A stretch of DNA of 64,000 bases. It comes from a virus. A model generated the notes under the pieces. The model saw only the letters and a program-made list of their open reading frames with translations. It ran no database searches and had not been told where the DNA came from. A program made the translations under genes and the position numbers. The stretch lies in the IMG/VR virus record IMGVR_UViG_3300046808_001035. One strand, written 5' to 3'. This document shows positions 1-9,186 of the stretch, piece after piece (within the stretch, counting starts at the first letter, position 1; each line of letters starts with the position of its first letter).

Positions 1-13
1 TTTTTCTGCGACT

Positions 14-1729
14 ATGACTGGACATGATAAAATTACAGATACGATTAAAAAGCTACTTGGCAAGAATAGTGCTAAGAGCACTTTCCTTGCTAGGCAGCTC
101 ATGTTTTCGGTACTACCAGCCTCGCATTTTGTAGAGAATTACCTCTACGATAACGAAGGCAGGCTGCAGTCGTTAGACGCTTTCCCGATGCTGAAGCATA
201 TCTATGACAATATACCTCAGAAGCTCATACTTAAATGCAGTCGCAAGACTTTGAAGTCAACACTACTGAGTAATTTTATATGTCTGAATTTAATTAGATG
301 GAACTACTTCAAGATGATGTATGTAGGTCCTCAGGAGTTAACTACGAAATACTTTTCGAGTAACTATATACCTCCCAGGTTTGAGAGTCCTAAGATTAAA
401 AATTTATTATTAAAAGGATGGTTTAAGAATGATGTATTTGAGAAGATATTAGACGATACGCATAGTAGTGTTTTGTTCAGGTACGTGAGTGATGATGCTA
501 CAAGAACTCGCGGACCAGCTATTGACTGTGTTGTTTACGATGAAATACAAGACATTCAACACGATCAAATTCCGATTATTCAAGAGACGATGGCTATGTC
601 TCCATATAAGCGAGAAATATTTGCAGGTACCCCCTTGGATAGTACAAACACTATTCACAGAATATGGAAATCTAGCAATCAGCTTGAATGGATGATGAAG
701 TGTGAGCACTGCAATCACTGGAACTCATTAACCGAAGGTAATGAGCCTCTCAAGATGATCCAGCCTCACGGGTTTAGCTGTTCTAAATGCGCCAAGAAGC
801 TTAACTCCAGGAATGGAGAATGGGTAAGTATGAACCCTGGAAGTTCATTGCTTACAGGCTATCACCTAGCGCAACCACTATTGCCGCATTTTAATGAAGA
901 TCCCAAAGAATGGCGCGAGATCTACGAAAAGGTGCATAGCGGTAAAAACGATCTTAGAGTAGTAATGAATGAGACGTTTGGTCTTACCTATGATATAGGA
1001 AGCAAACCTATCACTCAGGAAGAGCTTGTTAAGATATGTACATTAGGTCCTCAGTTTGAAGGTGGAAATGAGAACAATCTAGCTATTCTAGCTCGCAACA
1101 AAAGCATGTATCGCATGTATACTATGGGTGTCGACTGGGGAGTGAGTATGAGTCAATCACGCACAGTAGCTACCCTAGGAGGAATGCGTAGTGATGGAAT
1201 CTTTGAGGTATTCTTCGCCAAAATATACAGGGGCTTCGACTATGAGGCGCATATCAGAGACATGGCTATAAAAGCAAATAGCGTTAATGCTTTCTGTGTT
1301 TCGGATAGCGGGCCTGATCCTATTCGAGGAATCAAGCTATGTGAGCTTACAAGCACCTCAAGGTCACAGATGGCTGCATATAGAAGGACAAAAACAATTC
1401 AGCACTTCGAGCCTGGAGTTTATGACTGGAGGCAAAACCGCTGGGTGTTGCACAGGTCTGATGTTATATCGCTGGTTATCAGACAACTCAAAGCAGGAAA
1501 AATACTATTTCCTCAATGGAGTGACGTGTCAGAATATATGCAGGACCTCTTGAATATCTTTATTGAGGTGCGTGATGGTCTATATGGACAAGAGCTTATT
1601 TATGACCATCACCCAAAACAGCCAGATGATGCTATGCACAGTCTAGTCTTTGCAATATGCGCAGCATATCTGGCTACAGGAGATGCAGGATTGATAGGTC
1701 CTAGCTCGTCAGCTAGGGAAGAGCCCTAG
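14..1729 (+). CDS. terL: Terminase large subunit (lambda gpA-like ATPase-nuclease)
   Basis: Variant Walker A (LKCSRKTLKST), Walker B (CVVYDEIQD), coupling motif FAGTP, Zn ribbon CEHC...CSKC, RNase H-like nuclease acidic motifs MGVDWG and PDDAMHS. Confidence 0.85.
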   Translation: MTGHDKITDTIKKLLGKNSAKSTFLARQLMFSVLPASHFVENYLYDNEGRLQSLDAFPMLKHIYDNIPQKLILKCSRKTLKSTLLSNFICLNLIRWNYFKMMYVGPQELTTKYFSSNYIPPRFESPKIKNLLLKGWFKNDVFEKILDDTHSSVLFRYVSDDATRTRGPAIDCVVYDEIQDIQHDQIPIIQETMAMSPYKREIFAGTPLDSTNTIHRIWKSSNQLEWMMKCEHCNHWNSLTEGNEPLKMIQPHGFSCSKCAKKLNSRNGEWVSMNPGSSLLTGYHLAQPLLPHFNEDPKEWREIYEKVHSGKNDLRVVMNETFGLTYDIGSKPITQEELVKICTLGPQFEGGNENNLAILARNKSMYRMYTMGVDWGVSMSQSRTVATLGGMRSDGIFEVFFAKIYRGFDYEAHIRDMAIKANSVNAFCVSDSGPDPIRGIKLCELTSTSRSQMAAYRRTKTIQHFEPGVYDWRQNRWVLHRSDVISLVIRQLKAGKILFPQWSDVSEYMQDLLNIFIEVRDGLYGQELIYDHHPKQPDDAMHSLVFAICAAYLATGDAGLIGPSSSAREEP

Positions 1730-1730
1730 T

Positions 1731-2873
1731 CTAAAAGAAACCTACTCTCTTTTCTTCTTCTTTAACGTACCCGGTTTCTACTTCCAGATTGTATATATCA
1801 GCAAGAGTCATGCTCTCGGTAATGCTAGCGCGTGGTAAGTTTAAAGAATCAGCTAGCTTGCAGGCCTGCTCTTTAGACAGCTTGCCGAACTCATAACAGT
1901 GCTTGAGCCTACCTTTACGTAATAACGCTTCGTCTATCTTTTCTTTAGCTGTATTGAACGTGGCTACGACGGTTATGTTTAGTGCGTGACCAAGAAAGCC
2001 GTCAGTAAGATTCAATATAGTGGATACCAAGTCTGAGCGCCCTGACTCGTCTCGAGACACTAGAGCCTTCTCGGCGTCTTCAATTACCAATACAATATCT
2101 TTATTCTCCATCAGCAAGGGCATCATGTCTGGTGAAGTCAGGCTGGGTATCAGCCCTACAGGAATATAAACTATTTTTCTAGATACTACACCAGAGCACA
2201 GATACTTGATATACGACGACTTTCCTGTGCCTGGAGCACCGTGAAACAAATACAGTCCACTTTTTTCAGTGTTTAGTGAGTTAACAAACTTGTCACTCAA
2301 ACTCAGAAAATCTTCGCCATAGTTCAAGCTTAAATCAATCTCAGGGACGGGTACAGTCAGAGCTGAAAAAGTTAAGTCGCCGAAAGAGTTTGAAAGCATA
2401 TAGATCTTACTCTTTTCTTTAACTTTAAAGTCTTCAAGAATTGCGGCTAACGCCTTGAGCTGCTCTTTAGAGTGAGAGCAGGCCTTTATTCTCACATATA
2501 ATCCTAGAGAGGTTATCTTTGGTGTGTCGGCTATTCTACCAAACAAACCTGACTCGTAAAAAACAGCCTCTCCGTCAGGGCTTCTGAAGTCTACAGAGAT
2601 CAGCATGTTCGAAAAGGAAGAGTCTGGTTTACCTATGTATGTACCTTCCTCAAAATACTGTGTGCCTGTCTTTACAATATTTGCACTGAAATGCTCGAAC
2701 ACCTCTAATAGTTTTTCCAAGCAGGAAAACTCAAATTCTTCAGCAAAATTAAGTGCGTTAGGAATTGTTCCGAACAATACGTTAAAAACATTCTCTAGCC
2801 TTGTGGACTGTATAGCTACAGGCTTAGCGTAAAAATCTTTACCTACAACTACTGGATTGTTAAGTGGGTGCAT
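1731..2873 (-). CDS. AAA+ ATPase
   Basis: Walker A GAPGTGKS, Walker B LVIEDAE, sensor VATFN, Arg-finger region IDEALLRKGRL, C-terminal RVGF. Confidence 0.85.
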   Translation of the reverse strand: MHPLNNPVVVGKDFYAKPVAIQSTRLENVFNVLFGTIPNALNFAEEFEFSCLEKLLEVFEHFSANIVKTGTQYFEEGTYIGKPDSSFSNMLISVDFRSPDGEAVFYESGLFGRIADTPKITSLGLYVRIKACSHSKEQLKALAAILEDFKVKEKSKIYMLSNSFGDLTFSALTVPVPEIDLSLNYGEDFLSLSDKFVNSLNTEKSGLYLFHGAPGTGKSSYIKYLCSGVVSRKIVYIPVGLIPSLTSPDMMPLLMENKDIVLVIEDAEKALVSRDESGRSDLVSTILNLTDGFLGHALNITVVATFNTAKEKIDEALLRKGRLKHCYEFGKLSKEQACKLADSLNLPRASITESMTLADIYNLEVETGYVKEEEKRVGFF

Positions 2874-3409
2874 TCTTTTATATAGTCTACAGTTATTCTT
2901 AATTTTTCGTCGAATATCTCCTGCAGGGCGGTATTCTTGTCGTCGTCATTACCTTCGCGCTCGTTCATAATGGCTTTAGGAAAGAGCTTCGGAGGCTTGT
3001 GCATGCCGTAATTATGGAATATTTGCCCAGCATATACACGAATCTCAGGAGAGAAGTCCATATCCTCGTGCTTTATTAGATAGGCTTCTGTCATTCCACA
3101 AATTAACTCCTCTGCTTCCAGAGGATTGAGCTCATCCATATCGTCGTGCTGATGGTTGATCAGATAATTGAGAGTCTCAAACACTTGGATGTTGGTTTCG
3201 TACAAGTCTGTGGTCAGCAGCGTAATTCCTGCCTGTATCTTGTCTGACTGCAGATCTGGTAGTTCGCAAGACAAGTCAGTCTGTAGTTCTGCTTTAAGAA
3301 CGAGAGGTTCCCAAGAGTAGCATTCTTTGCCGTATAAGGTTGTAATAAGCCACAGCAAAGCAACTACAGGAGCTTTAGGGTCTGAAACAATTTGTTTATG
3401 TGATTTCAT
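2849..3409 (-). CDS. Hypothetical protein
   Basis: 186-aa ORF with a promoter-like element just upstream; overlaps the start of the AAA gene; no family recognised. Confidence 0.7.
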   Translation of the reverse strand: MKSHKQIVSDPKAPVVALLWLITTLYGKECYSWEPLVLKAELQTDLSCELPDLQSDKIQAGITLLTTDLYETNIQVFETLNYLINHQHDDMDELNPLEAEELICGMTEAYLIKHEDMDFSPEIRVYAGQIFHNYGMHKPPKLFPKAIMNEREGNDDDKNTALQEIFDEKLRITVDYIKECTHLTIQ

Positions 3410-3419
3410 CCGAATATAG

Positions 3420-3447
3420 AGTATAGCGCTAGCAGTGATAGCGTCAA
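3420..3447 (-). promoter_or_regulatory. Sigma70-like promoter for 2849..3409
   Basis: TTGACG-16 nt-TATACT, 10 nt before the ATG. Confidence 0.5.
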
Positions 3448-3505
3448 GATTACTAGGTCATCAAGGTTAAAGTTGGCTTTGCTCACTGGGTAAGAGTTGT
3501 ATAGT

Positions 3506-3548
3506 AAAAACCCGCCCTGTGTGCGCATCGTTGAGAGGCGGGGCGGGT
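3506..3548 (-). terminator. Probable intrinsic terminator with a large internal loop
   Basis: Minus strand ACCCGCCC-CGCCTCTCAACGATGCGCACACA-GGGCGGGT followed by a T run, just after the 3572..4624 stop. Confidence 0.55.
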
Positions 3549-3571
3549 CTTGATTACTGGCTTTTTGGTTG

Positions 3572-4624
3572 CTATATAGGTCTGAGTCCTGTGATCTCCT
3601 CAAGCAGCTTAACATCGCTTCTGGGCATCGTTGGAAGAATTTCAGCAATCTTTTCAGGGTCTGCCGGATCAATCCCGCTATCCCCAAAAGCTTCTTCATA
3701 CTTATCTTTACTAATCTTAGTGAGATCAGCTATGCGATACTTATCGCCATGAACCTCTACAAAAGATAGGTCAGAAGCAATCTTGGTGATGCTCTCAGTA
3801 AAGAAAGAGTCTACAGGATCTCCGAGAATGCTTGCGACTTTAACCTTCTCATAAAGACCTTCCATCGTCTCGATGTTATAGCAAGTTTCGGCGATCTTCA
3901 TAACTTCGTCGATACTTGTCATGTTGGAGACGTCTTCTGCAATCTTATTGTAAATTTCTTTGTGCTCCTCGCTAGCTAGCTTGGTGCTACGTCTCCAGAG
4001 CTCAGAAGCTACATTAGCGAGATCAGGATAATACAAGCCTGCATACTTAGCGAGAATGTCTGGCAGTTCATCAACATCTAACTCTCTGGCGGCTTTGACA
4101 AAATTCTCAGCAGATTTAACTCTAACATCGAAAGGAAAGTTTTTAATGTTATCTGAAAAATGCTTAGCAGATACTACTAGGTCTTCGGCAGTTTTAACTG
4201 GGTAAAGCTGCATATGAGGAAGACCGTCGACATGAAAATCGACCATGTATTCTTCAGGATAATCTGCAGCTGTTTTTTCATTAAAGCTGGATTGATAGTC
4301 TTCCAGGTCAGAAGAAATGTCGAATACTTCCGCAGCCTCTTTGATTTTTGATTCAAGTTGACTTACGTAAGCTTCTCCGTATAACTTTTGAATATCGGCT
4401 TTTTTATGTATCAGATGGGCGTTAGATACGTACACTCTGTCAGGAGTGTTGATTGGATATATGCGCCTGTCTTGATCTGCAAAAGCTGTTTTTGGCAACC
4501 CAGACAATTCGTAAGCATCCTCAAGTTCCGCAGTTTTAACATAGTCAGGAAGGTTAACTCCTGAAAACATACGGTAGAGTTCCTTGCCCGAATAGTCTGA
4601 TTGTTGGTCAAATGCAATTTTCAT
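3572..4624 (-). CDS. Hypothetical protein, very K-x-A rich; predicted head-internal protein
   Basis: 350-aa ORF with its own promoter and terminator; 16 K-x-A motifs by hand count; function is inference. Confidence 0.75.
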   Translation of the reverse strand: MKIAFDQQSDYSGKELYRMFSGVNLPDYVKTAELEDAYELSGLPKTAFADQDRRIYPINTPDRVYVSNAHLIHKKADIQKLYGEAYVSQLESKIKEAAEVFDISSDLEDYQSSFNEKTAADYPEEYMVDFHVDGLPHMQLYPVKTAEDLVVSAKHFSDNIKNFPFDVRVKSAENFVKAARELDVDELPDILAKYAGLYYPDLANVASELWRRSTKLASEEHKEIYNKIAEDVSNMTSIDEVMKIAETCYNIETMEGLYEKVKVASILGDPVDSFFTESITKIASDLSFVEVHGDKYRIADLTKISKDKYEEAFGDSGIDPADPEKIAEILPTMPRSDVKLLEEITGLRPI

Positions 4625-4633
4625 ATTTCTTGA

Positions 4634-4662
4634 ATTATAACTATGTTACTAAATAGCTTCAA
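4634..4662 (-). promoter_or_regulatory. Sigma70-like promoter for 3572..4624
   Basis: TTGAAG-17 nt-TATAAT, 9 nt before the ATG; overlaps the start of the divergent gene. Confidence 0.6.
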
Positions 4663-5923
4663 CAGTAAAATCAACCTACCTAGCGTGGTGTCTAAGCTAG
4701 GAATGAATACTTCCGAGTATGACTTCGTTAAAGTACCTTTGTTTGGGTGGTACGCACGCTCTAAGCAGACAGACTTTGTCGGTAATATATTTGATTTCTT
4801 TCATGTCTCAGATTGGAAGACCTTATACGGTACAATCTGTAGAGACTTCTCAGACTGCTTTGATTTTAAGCTGCCTTATAGCGAGTATGCTGAAAAGGCC
4901 TTATATAAAGATCAAACTAGGATTATGCAATTTCAGTCTCTCTGGTTACTAAGCCTACAGGAGGCTTTGACTGCGAGGGCTAGGTTAAAAGATAAAATCA
5001 TGTATTTTAAAGAGATTGCTGAGGAAGCTGGAATGCCTCAGCTTATAAATAATAAGATTGGTTATATGACTGAGAAAGTGGTGAGCTTATTTCCTAAGCT
5101 TAACCTAGAAAATAAGTATAGGTACAAAAAGACAATACTCATTCCTTCGTTCTGCTCTCCGAAGCATATATGCTCGCTCGAAGTGGCTAAGCTATACGAC
5201 ATCAATCAGCGAGAGCTTGTGTTTATGAATGGTGAGTATGGCTGGTATGGGGTGCAAGGACAGGAGGTTGTTCGAGACTTGAATGAGTTGAAGATTAAGC
5301 TTGGCAATACCTGGAATTATAAAAATGACTATTGGAATAGTTCGACCATCAAGCTTTCTGAAATGGTCAATACAGAGCAGCTTATCAAAATCTGGAGCGA
5401 GGCAAAAAATTCTAAGTTTGAACAAGACCTGATGCAGCTTCTTATTGGTAAGCAAGGACATGATGAACTAAAGAACCATGTAGGAATGCTGAACTATCAG
5501 CAGGTTCAAGAGCTAGAAAAGAACAGCGGACAACCGCTCATGGACTCTTGGATGAAAGGTAGAGAAGAGCAATTCACTGTTCAAGGTAGAACATATGTGA
5601 AAAGAGATAAAGCTTATTACTTACTTAAAAAAGGCGAGGAAGAACAGCTTACTAATTTTACTATCGACGTTCTCGAAATACGTAAAAAAAATGAAGATGA
5701 GTTTGTGTGGTGCGGTATGGTTTACTTCGAACAGGCTGCCGTGCCTTTCGAGCTCGAGGACAAATATTTGTTATCCTGTCACCTGTTCACTAAAGGACTC
5801 AGAAAGATGTTTCTGAACCTAGGTCTAGGTATTCCGTTTATCAACGAGAAGTATGTTAGGCAACTTATGACGATGATCCAGCTTACATGCCATAACGTAA
5901 AGATTGTAAAAACCGATAGCTAA
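4643..5923 (+). CDS. Hypothetical protein, possibly a degenerate primase-related DNA-binding protein
   Basis: 426-aa ORF. The N-terminus (KINLPSVVSKLG...GNIFDFF) loosely resembles the DnaG N-terminal domain without Zn ligands; resemblance is weak. Confidence 0.5.
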   Translation: MLLNSFNSKINLPSVVSKLGMNTSEYDFVKVPLFGWYARSKQTDFVGNIFDFFHVSDWKTLYGTICRDFSDCFDFKLPYSEYAEKALYKDQTRIMQFQSLWLLSLQEALTARARLKDKIMYFKEIAEEAGMPQLINNKIGYMTEKVVSLFPKLNLENKYRYKKTILIPSFCSPKHICSLEVAKLYDINQRELVFMNGEYGWYGVQGQEVVRDLNELKIKLGNTWNYKNDYWNSSTIKLSEMVNTEQLIKIWSEAKNSKFEQDLMQLLIGKQGHDELKNHVGMLNYQQVQELEKNSGQPLMDSWMKGREEQFTVQGRTYVKRDKAYYLLKKGEEEQLTNFTIDVLEIRKKNEDEFVWCGMVYFEQAAVPFELEDKYLLSCHLFTKGLRKMFLNLGLGIPFINEKYVRQLMTMIQLTCHNVKIVKTDS

Positions 5924-5946
5924 AAACAAAGAAGTGTTTAGGGATG

Positions 5947-5976
5947 CCTCTGCTCGACCACCCAGCCGAGCAGAGG
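5947..5976. terminator. GC-rich hairpin between the convergent 4643..5923 gene and tmRNA
   Basis: Perfect 10-bp inverted repeat CCTCTGCTCG / CGAGCAGAGG with a 10-nt loop; no immediate U tract. Confidence 0.5.
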
Positions 5977-5999
5977 ACTTAACCCCAACCACCGAAAAA

Positions 6000-6405
6000 G
6001 GTGGACCCGAGGGGAGTCGAACCCCTGTCTCAAGTAATCTATTAACAGATACCTCTACACGCTTAGTATTATTTGATATCGCGGTTATCGTGGCAATACC
6101 TCCAACCGTTCGGCCTATAAGTGACCGACTCTTGCTGCAGGGTTCTACAAGGCTTTACAGTCTAGCCTCAACCTATTGCGGTTTCCTAGAGTTTTAATAG
6201 TATCCGCTCCAGGTAGACTAAGCAGCGAGGGCTTCAGCCGCCTCAAACTCAAAAGAGTTCAAGAGCGCGTCAGCTTCAGCTACCGTCATAGCATACGAAT
6301 TGTCGTTTGCTTTTATTGTTTGTCCAGATGTTTTAGCGAGGCCAACCAGACTTCCTCGGCGTGCAGTACCTGATTTCAACTCTTGATCGAAACCAGTACG
6401 GGCCC
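6000..6405 (-). ncRNA. ssrA: Phage-encoded tmRNA (one-piece, about 406 nt)
   Basis: 5' end GGGCCCGTACTGGTTTCGA; 3' T-arm GACAGGGGTTCGACTCCCCTCGGGTCCACC; acceptor stem GGGCCCG/CGGGTCC with the G3:U alanine determinant and discriminator A; internal tag frame starting at a GCA resume codon and ending ALAA-stop. The terminal A of CCA is not encoded. Confidence 0.93.
6218..6310 (-). other. tmRNA proteolysis tag reading frame (A)ANDNSYAMTVAEADALLNSFEFEAAEALAA
   Basis: Resume context AATAAAA-GCA-AAC-GAC; 30 codons then TAG; C-terminal LAA. Confidence 0.85.
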
Positions 6406-6466
6406 AAATAAAACGTATTTGCCGGAACAAACACGCTGCTAATAGCGATTTAAGGCTATGCAAGTT

Positions 6467-6496
6467 ATTATACCACAATAACGCAAAAATTCGCAA
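6467..6496 (-). promoter_or_regulatory. Sigma70-like promoter of the tmRNA gene
   Basis: TTGCGA-18 nt-TATAAT with extended -10 TGnTATAAT, about 60 nt upstream of the mature 5' end. Confidence 0.65.
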
Positions 6497-6497
6497 A

Positions 6498-7187
6498 TTA
6501 TTGTGTGCCGAACATTTCGTTTACTACGTCAGATCTTGCAGGCCTTCCTATAGTGTCTGGAGCATTAGGCCATGTGGTGTCCAGGTTATTGCGTAGCTGT
6601 TGGGCGGCTCCAGGTTGTCTAGATTCTGCGGCTGGAGAAAAGTTACTGTAGTCTATATTAAAAACAGTCTGCAGTATCACATACTGCCTATCAAATTTAC
6701 CTGCTCCTTTTCCTAGTTTTTCTTTTAAGAGTATGTGGAGATAATATGAACCCGCTAAAAGTTTAGAAGTAGCTGCAGAGGGTATCCAAACTTCAAAGTA
6801 GCCTGGACGTGTTCTGTCTTCGTATACACCGTTATCTAAAATGCCGTGCCAGGCAGCTACAGGAGCCCTAGGAGAGCTTTTGACTATAGCCTGGACGTCA
6901 TAGTCATCACTAGTAACATAACCTCCGTTGTATCTAATTACTGTATCGTAAATAACATCTTCCCCTTGATAGAAGACATCAGGGTTGCGGGAGGTTCTTT
7001 CAAACGGAATGCCTGGAATACCGTCTAGTATTAGAGAATGGATTGGAGGTAATTCTTTTGCGCCGTTCCTAGCTCGAATCTCGGATACCTGCAGCGACGC
7101 AAGACCGTCAAGCACAGCCTTATATACTTGTTGACTATTTCCGTTACTGGCAGGGGCAAAAAATTGAGCTATTTCTTCATCGGCCAT
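6498..7187 (-). CDS. Hypothetical protein, last gene of the tail operon
   Basis: ATG at 7187 (MADEE) lies 2 nt after the upstream stop; beta-rich central part. Confidence 0.7.
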   Translation of the reverse strand: MADEEIAQFFAPASNGNSQQVYKAVLDGLASLQVSEIRARNGAKELPPIHSLILDGIPGIPFERTSRNPDVFYQGEDVIYDTVIRYNGGYVTSDDYDVQAIVKSSPRAPVAAWHGILDNGVYEDRTRPGYFEVWIPSAATSKLLAGSYYLHILLKEKLGKGAGKFDRQYVILQTVFNIDYSNFSPAAESRQPGAAQQLRNNLDTTWPNAPDTIGRPARSDVVNEMFGTQ

Positions 7188-7189
7188 AA

Positions 7190-7513
7190 TTAAATACAAA
7201 TAAGCGAGAGTTTACCTTCTTCCCGCTTATAATAGCACAATTCGGTTAATCCTAAAACATTTTTAATATCTGTAAAGTCCGAAGAACTGAGCGAAGACAG
7301 CACTGACTCGGTAACCTGCTTATTAACATCTGGTGTTGTAAAATTTTTCTTTGCTCCACAATTGCAAGATTTTTTAGGGGCTTCACTTAGGCTCATCGCT
7401 GTAATCTGAGCTAGTTTAGGAATCTTATCAATAATTGCAGGGTTGTTTTTAGCTAGGGTGATAACTTGATTCACACTAGTCAATACTAGGCGCTTTGAAC
7501 TTGAAGGTTTCAT
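7190..7513 (-). CDS. Small hypothetical protein with CxC motif
   Basis: 107 aa, KKSCNCGAKK; tightly packed in the operon. Confidence 0.7.
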   Translation of the reverse strand: MKPSSSKRLVLTSVNQVITLAKNNPAIIDKIPKLAQITAMSLSEAPKKSCNCGAKKNFTTPDVNKQVTESVLSSLSSSDFTDIKNVLGLTELCYYKREEGKLSLICI

Positions 7514-7516
7514 TAT

Positions 7517-8446
7517 TTATATTTGCGGAATAACGTTTATTGGTGCGCAGATATCTGTGGCTTGGAAATTAAGCCCCACAAACAGCGTGTGATCGTTGGA
7601 TTTTTCAGCTTGGTTAGAGCTGGATACAGGATCATAGAAGTCTGTAGATATTGCTGACCCTTTAGTTATATTTATGTTGGTACCTGCCGTCAACCTAAAA
7701 TTACCTGAAGCATCAGGAGGAACACCGTTGATATACGACACCATGTCTTTACAGTTCAAATACTCTTGAGGAATGAAAGAGGTGGCGCAGTTCATGATTA
7801 ATCCATACCTATAACCTATCTCAAGGTCTATTTTTTCCTTAGCTACAGCTACTCTAAAATTGTATCCCTCAAGAAAAGCGATGTCTCCGTGTATTACGGT
7901 ATGTGAAGGCACATCTTCTAGAGGTAGACTCGGCTCATATATTCTATACTCTTCAACCAAGAGTGGGCTATAGCTAACTTTTTCTGGACTGGTGATAAAA
8001 CTATTTACTCCCAGCCATGCTCCATTAAACTGCGCATACGTAGATGGCTCTATCGGGATGTCTGTAGTTATTTTTAAGCCTGGAGGGGCCTCGGTCAAAA
8101 AAGATAGTACTCCAGAGCCAAACACGGCTAGATTTCCGTCTGGTGTTCTAAGGTAGAAGGGATAGCTTTGTGTAGCTGGAGACAATATTTCAAACGAAGC
8201 TACTTGTGTAGAGGAAATAGAGAAAGCGACAATCACGCTACCAGAGCTTGTGTGCTCTATAGAACTCAGCCTCGCTATTGTCGAGTTATCTAGGTTAAAA
8301 CTCTTTACTGTGATCTGCAGATCTAAAATAAAATCGTCTGGCAATACCCAAGATCTGCCAGCAATTAAAAAAGTTCTATCAGTGTCGTTGAGTAGAGGAA
8401 AAGCTCGTAGCTCGTTCTCATTTAACCAGTCAAGTACCTGTTCCAT
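7517..8446 (-). CDS. Tail/baseplate-associated protein, paralogue of the 'NxxxxYP' family
   Basis: N-terminal LDWLNENELRAFPL...LPDDFILD; C-terminal YINGVPPDASGNF. Confidence 0.7.
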   Translation of the reverse strand: MEQVLDWLNENELRAFPLLNDTDRTFLIAGRSWVLPDDFILDLQITVKSFNLDNSTIARLSSIEHTSSGSVIVAFSISSTQVASFEILSPATQSYPFYLRTPDGNLAVFGSGVLSFLTEAPPGLKITTDIPIEPSTYAQFNGAWLGVNSFITSPEKVSYSPLLVEEYRIYEPSLPLEDVPSHTVIHGDIAFLEGYNFRVAVAKEKIDLEIGYRYGLIMNCATSFIPQEYLNCKDMVSYINGVPPDASGNFRLTAGTNINITKGSAISTDFYDPVSSSNQAEKSNDHTLFVGLNFQATDICAPINVIPQI

Positions 8447-8454
8447 AGTTTAAA

Positions 8455-9183
8455 TTAGGCTATCAGTGTGGGTAAAGTGAACGAAGCTGTCTTATTACCA
8501 ACTACCAAAGAAATATCTAGTGCAGCCGCATTGACTGGTGTTATTTTTATAATGTCGTTAGATGCTAAATTTATATTATTGTTTAGCGGTTTAACGAGGT
8601 TAATTTGCTTTAAGCCTTCAGCAAGACCTGCAGAAATGTCCTCATTAACTGAATGCCCAGCTACAGCATTAAAAGTAATTGAGTTTAAATCTTCTGAAAC
8701 GTTATAGAATATAGCTCGGTCTTCAGAAGCTCTACCTAGTGAAATGTCTCCATACATCGAATCAAACAAGTATACCGCATCCTTAAACGGTATACTGCGT
8801 ACGGTTGTAGCGCTAAATTTACGATTAAACGATAGTCGCTGACCTTTAGATTGTTGCCATAGTAGTTGCGCGCCTGCTCCAAAAACCACAGTACCTAGAT
8901 AACGGTTGTTGATGGGTTGGTGTAATCTAACACTTCTATAGGCTTCCCCAGAGTCGTACTGATCTTTTAGAAAAGCGACGTTCGCTAGTACACCAAAGTC
9001 AAAAGTAAAAGACAGAACAATCTTATCATTGTCTATGTAGCAAGAGTTCAGTGCAGGTACGAAATGATCGAATTGAATGAACTGAGCGTCTACTATAAAA
9101 TCTTGAGGCTCGAGGTCCTCATCAAAAGGATAGCTCGACAGTGCGTTTTCATTTTGCCAATTAAGTGGATTATATGTAGCCAT
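8455..9183 (-). CDS. Tail/baseplate-associated protein, paralogue of the 'NxxxxYP' family
   Basis: N-terminal LNWQNENALSSYPF...DFIVD; C-terminal QINLVKPLNNNI. Confidence 0.7.
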   Translation of the reverse strand: MATYNPLNWQNENALSSYPFDEDLEPQDFIVDAQFIQFDHFVPALNSCYIDNDKIVLSFTFDFGVLANVAFLKDQYDSGEAYRSVRLHQPINNRYLGTVVFGAGAQLLWQQSKGQRLSFNRKFSATTVRSIPFKDAVYLFDSMYGDISLGRASEDRAIFYNVSEDLNSITFNAVAGHSVNEDISAGLAEGLKQINLVKPLNNNINLASNDIIKITPVNAAALDISLVVGNKTASFTLPTLIA

Positions 9184-9186
9184 ACA

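Noticed and set aside
3406-3699. 97-aa ORF ending in an ATGA overlap
   Set aside because: It overlaps the 350-aa gene out of frame and runs through a terminator and a promoter, so it is probably spurious. If a short version were real it would be the one TGA-ending gene.
6000-6030. tRNA-like T-arm suggesting a tRNA gene or integration site
   Set aside because: It is the 3' end of the tmRNA. There is no anticodon arm, no duplicate copy and no integrase in the window.
6218-6496. 92-aa ORF on the minus strand, and plus-strand ORFs 5934..6197 and 6176..6373
   Set aside because: They overlap the tmRNA. Only 6218..6310 is meaningful, as the tag frame; the TTG start lies in the promoter -35 box.
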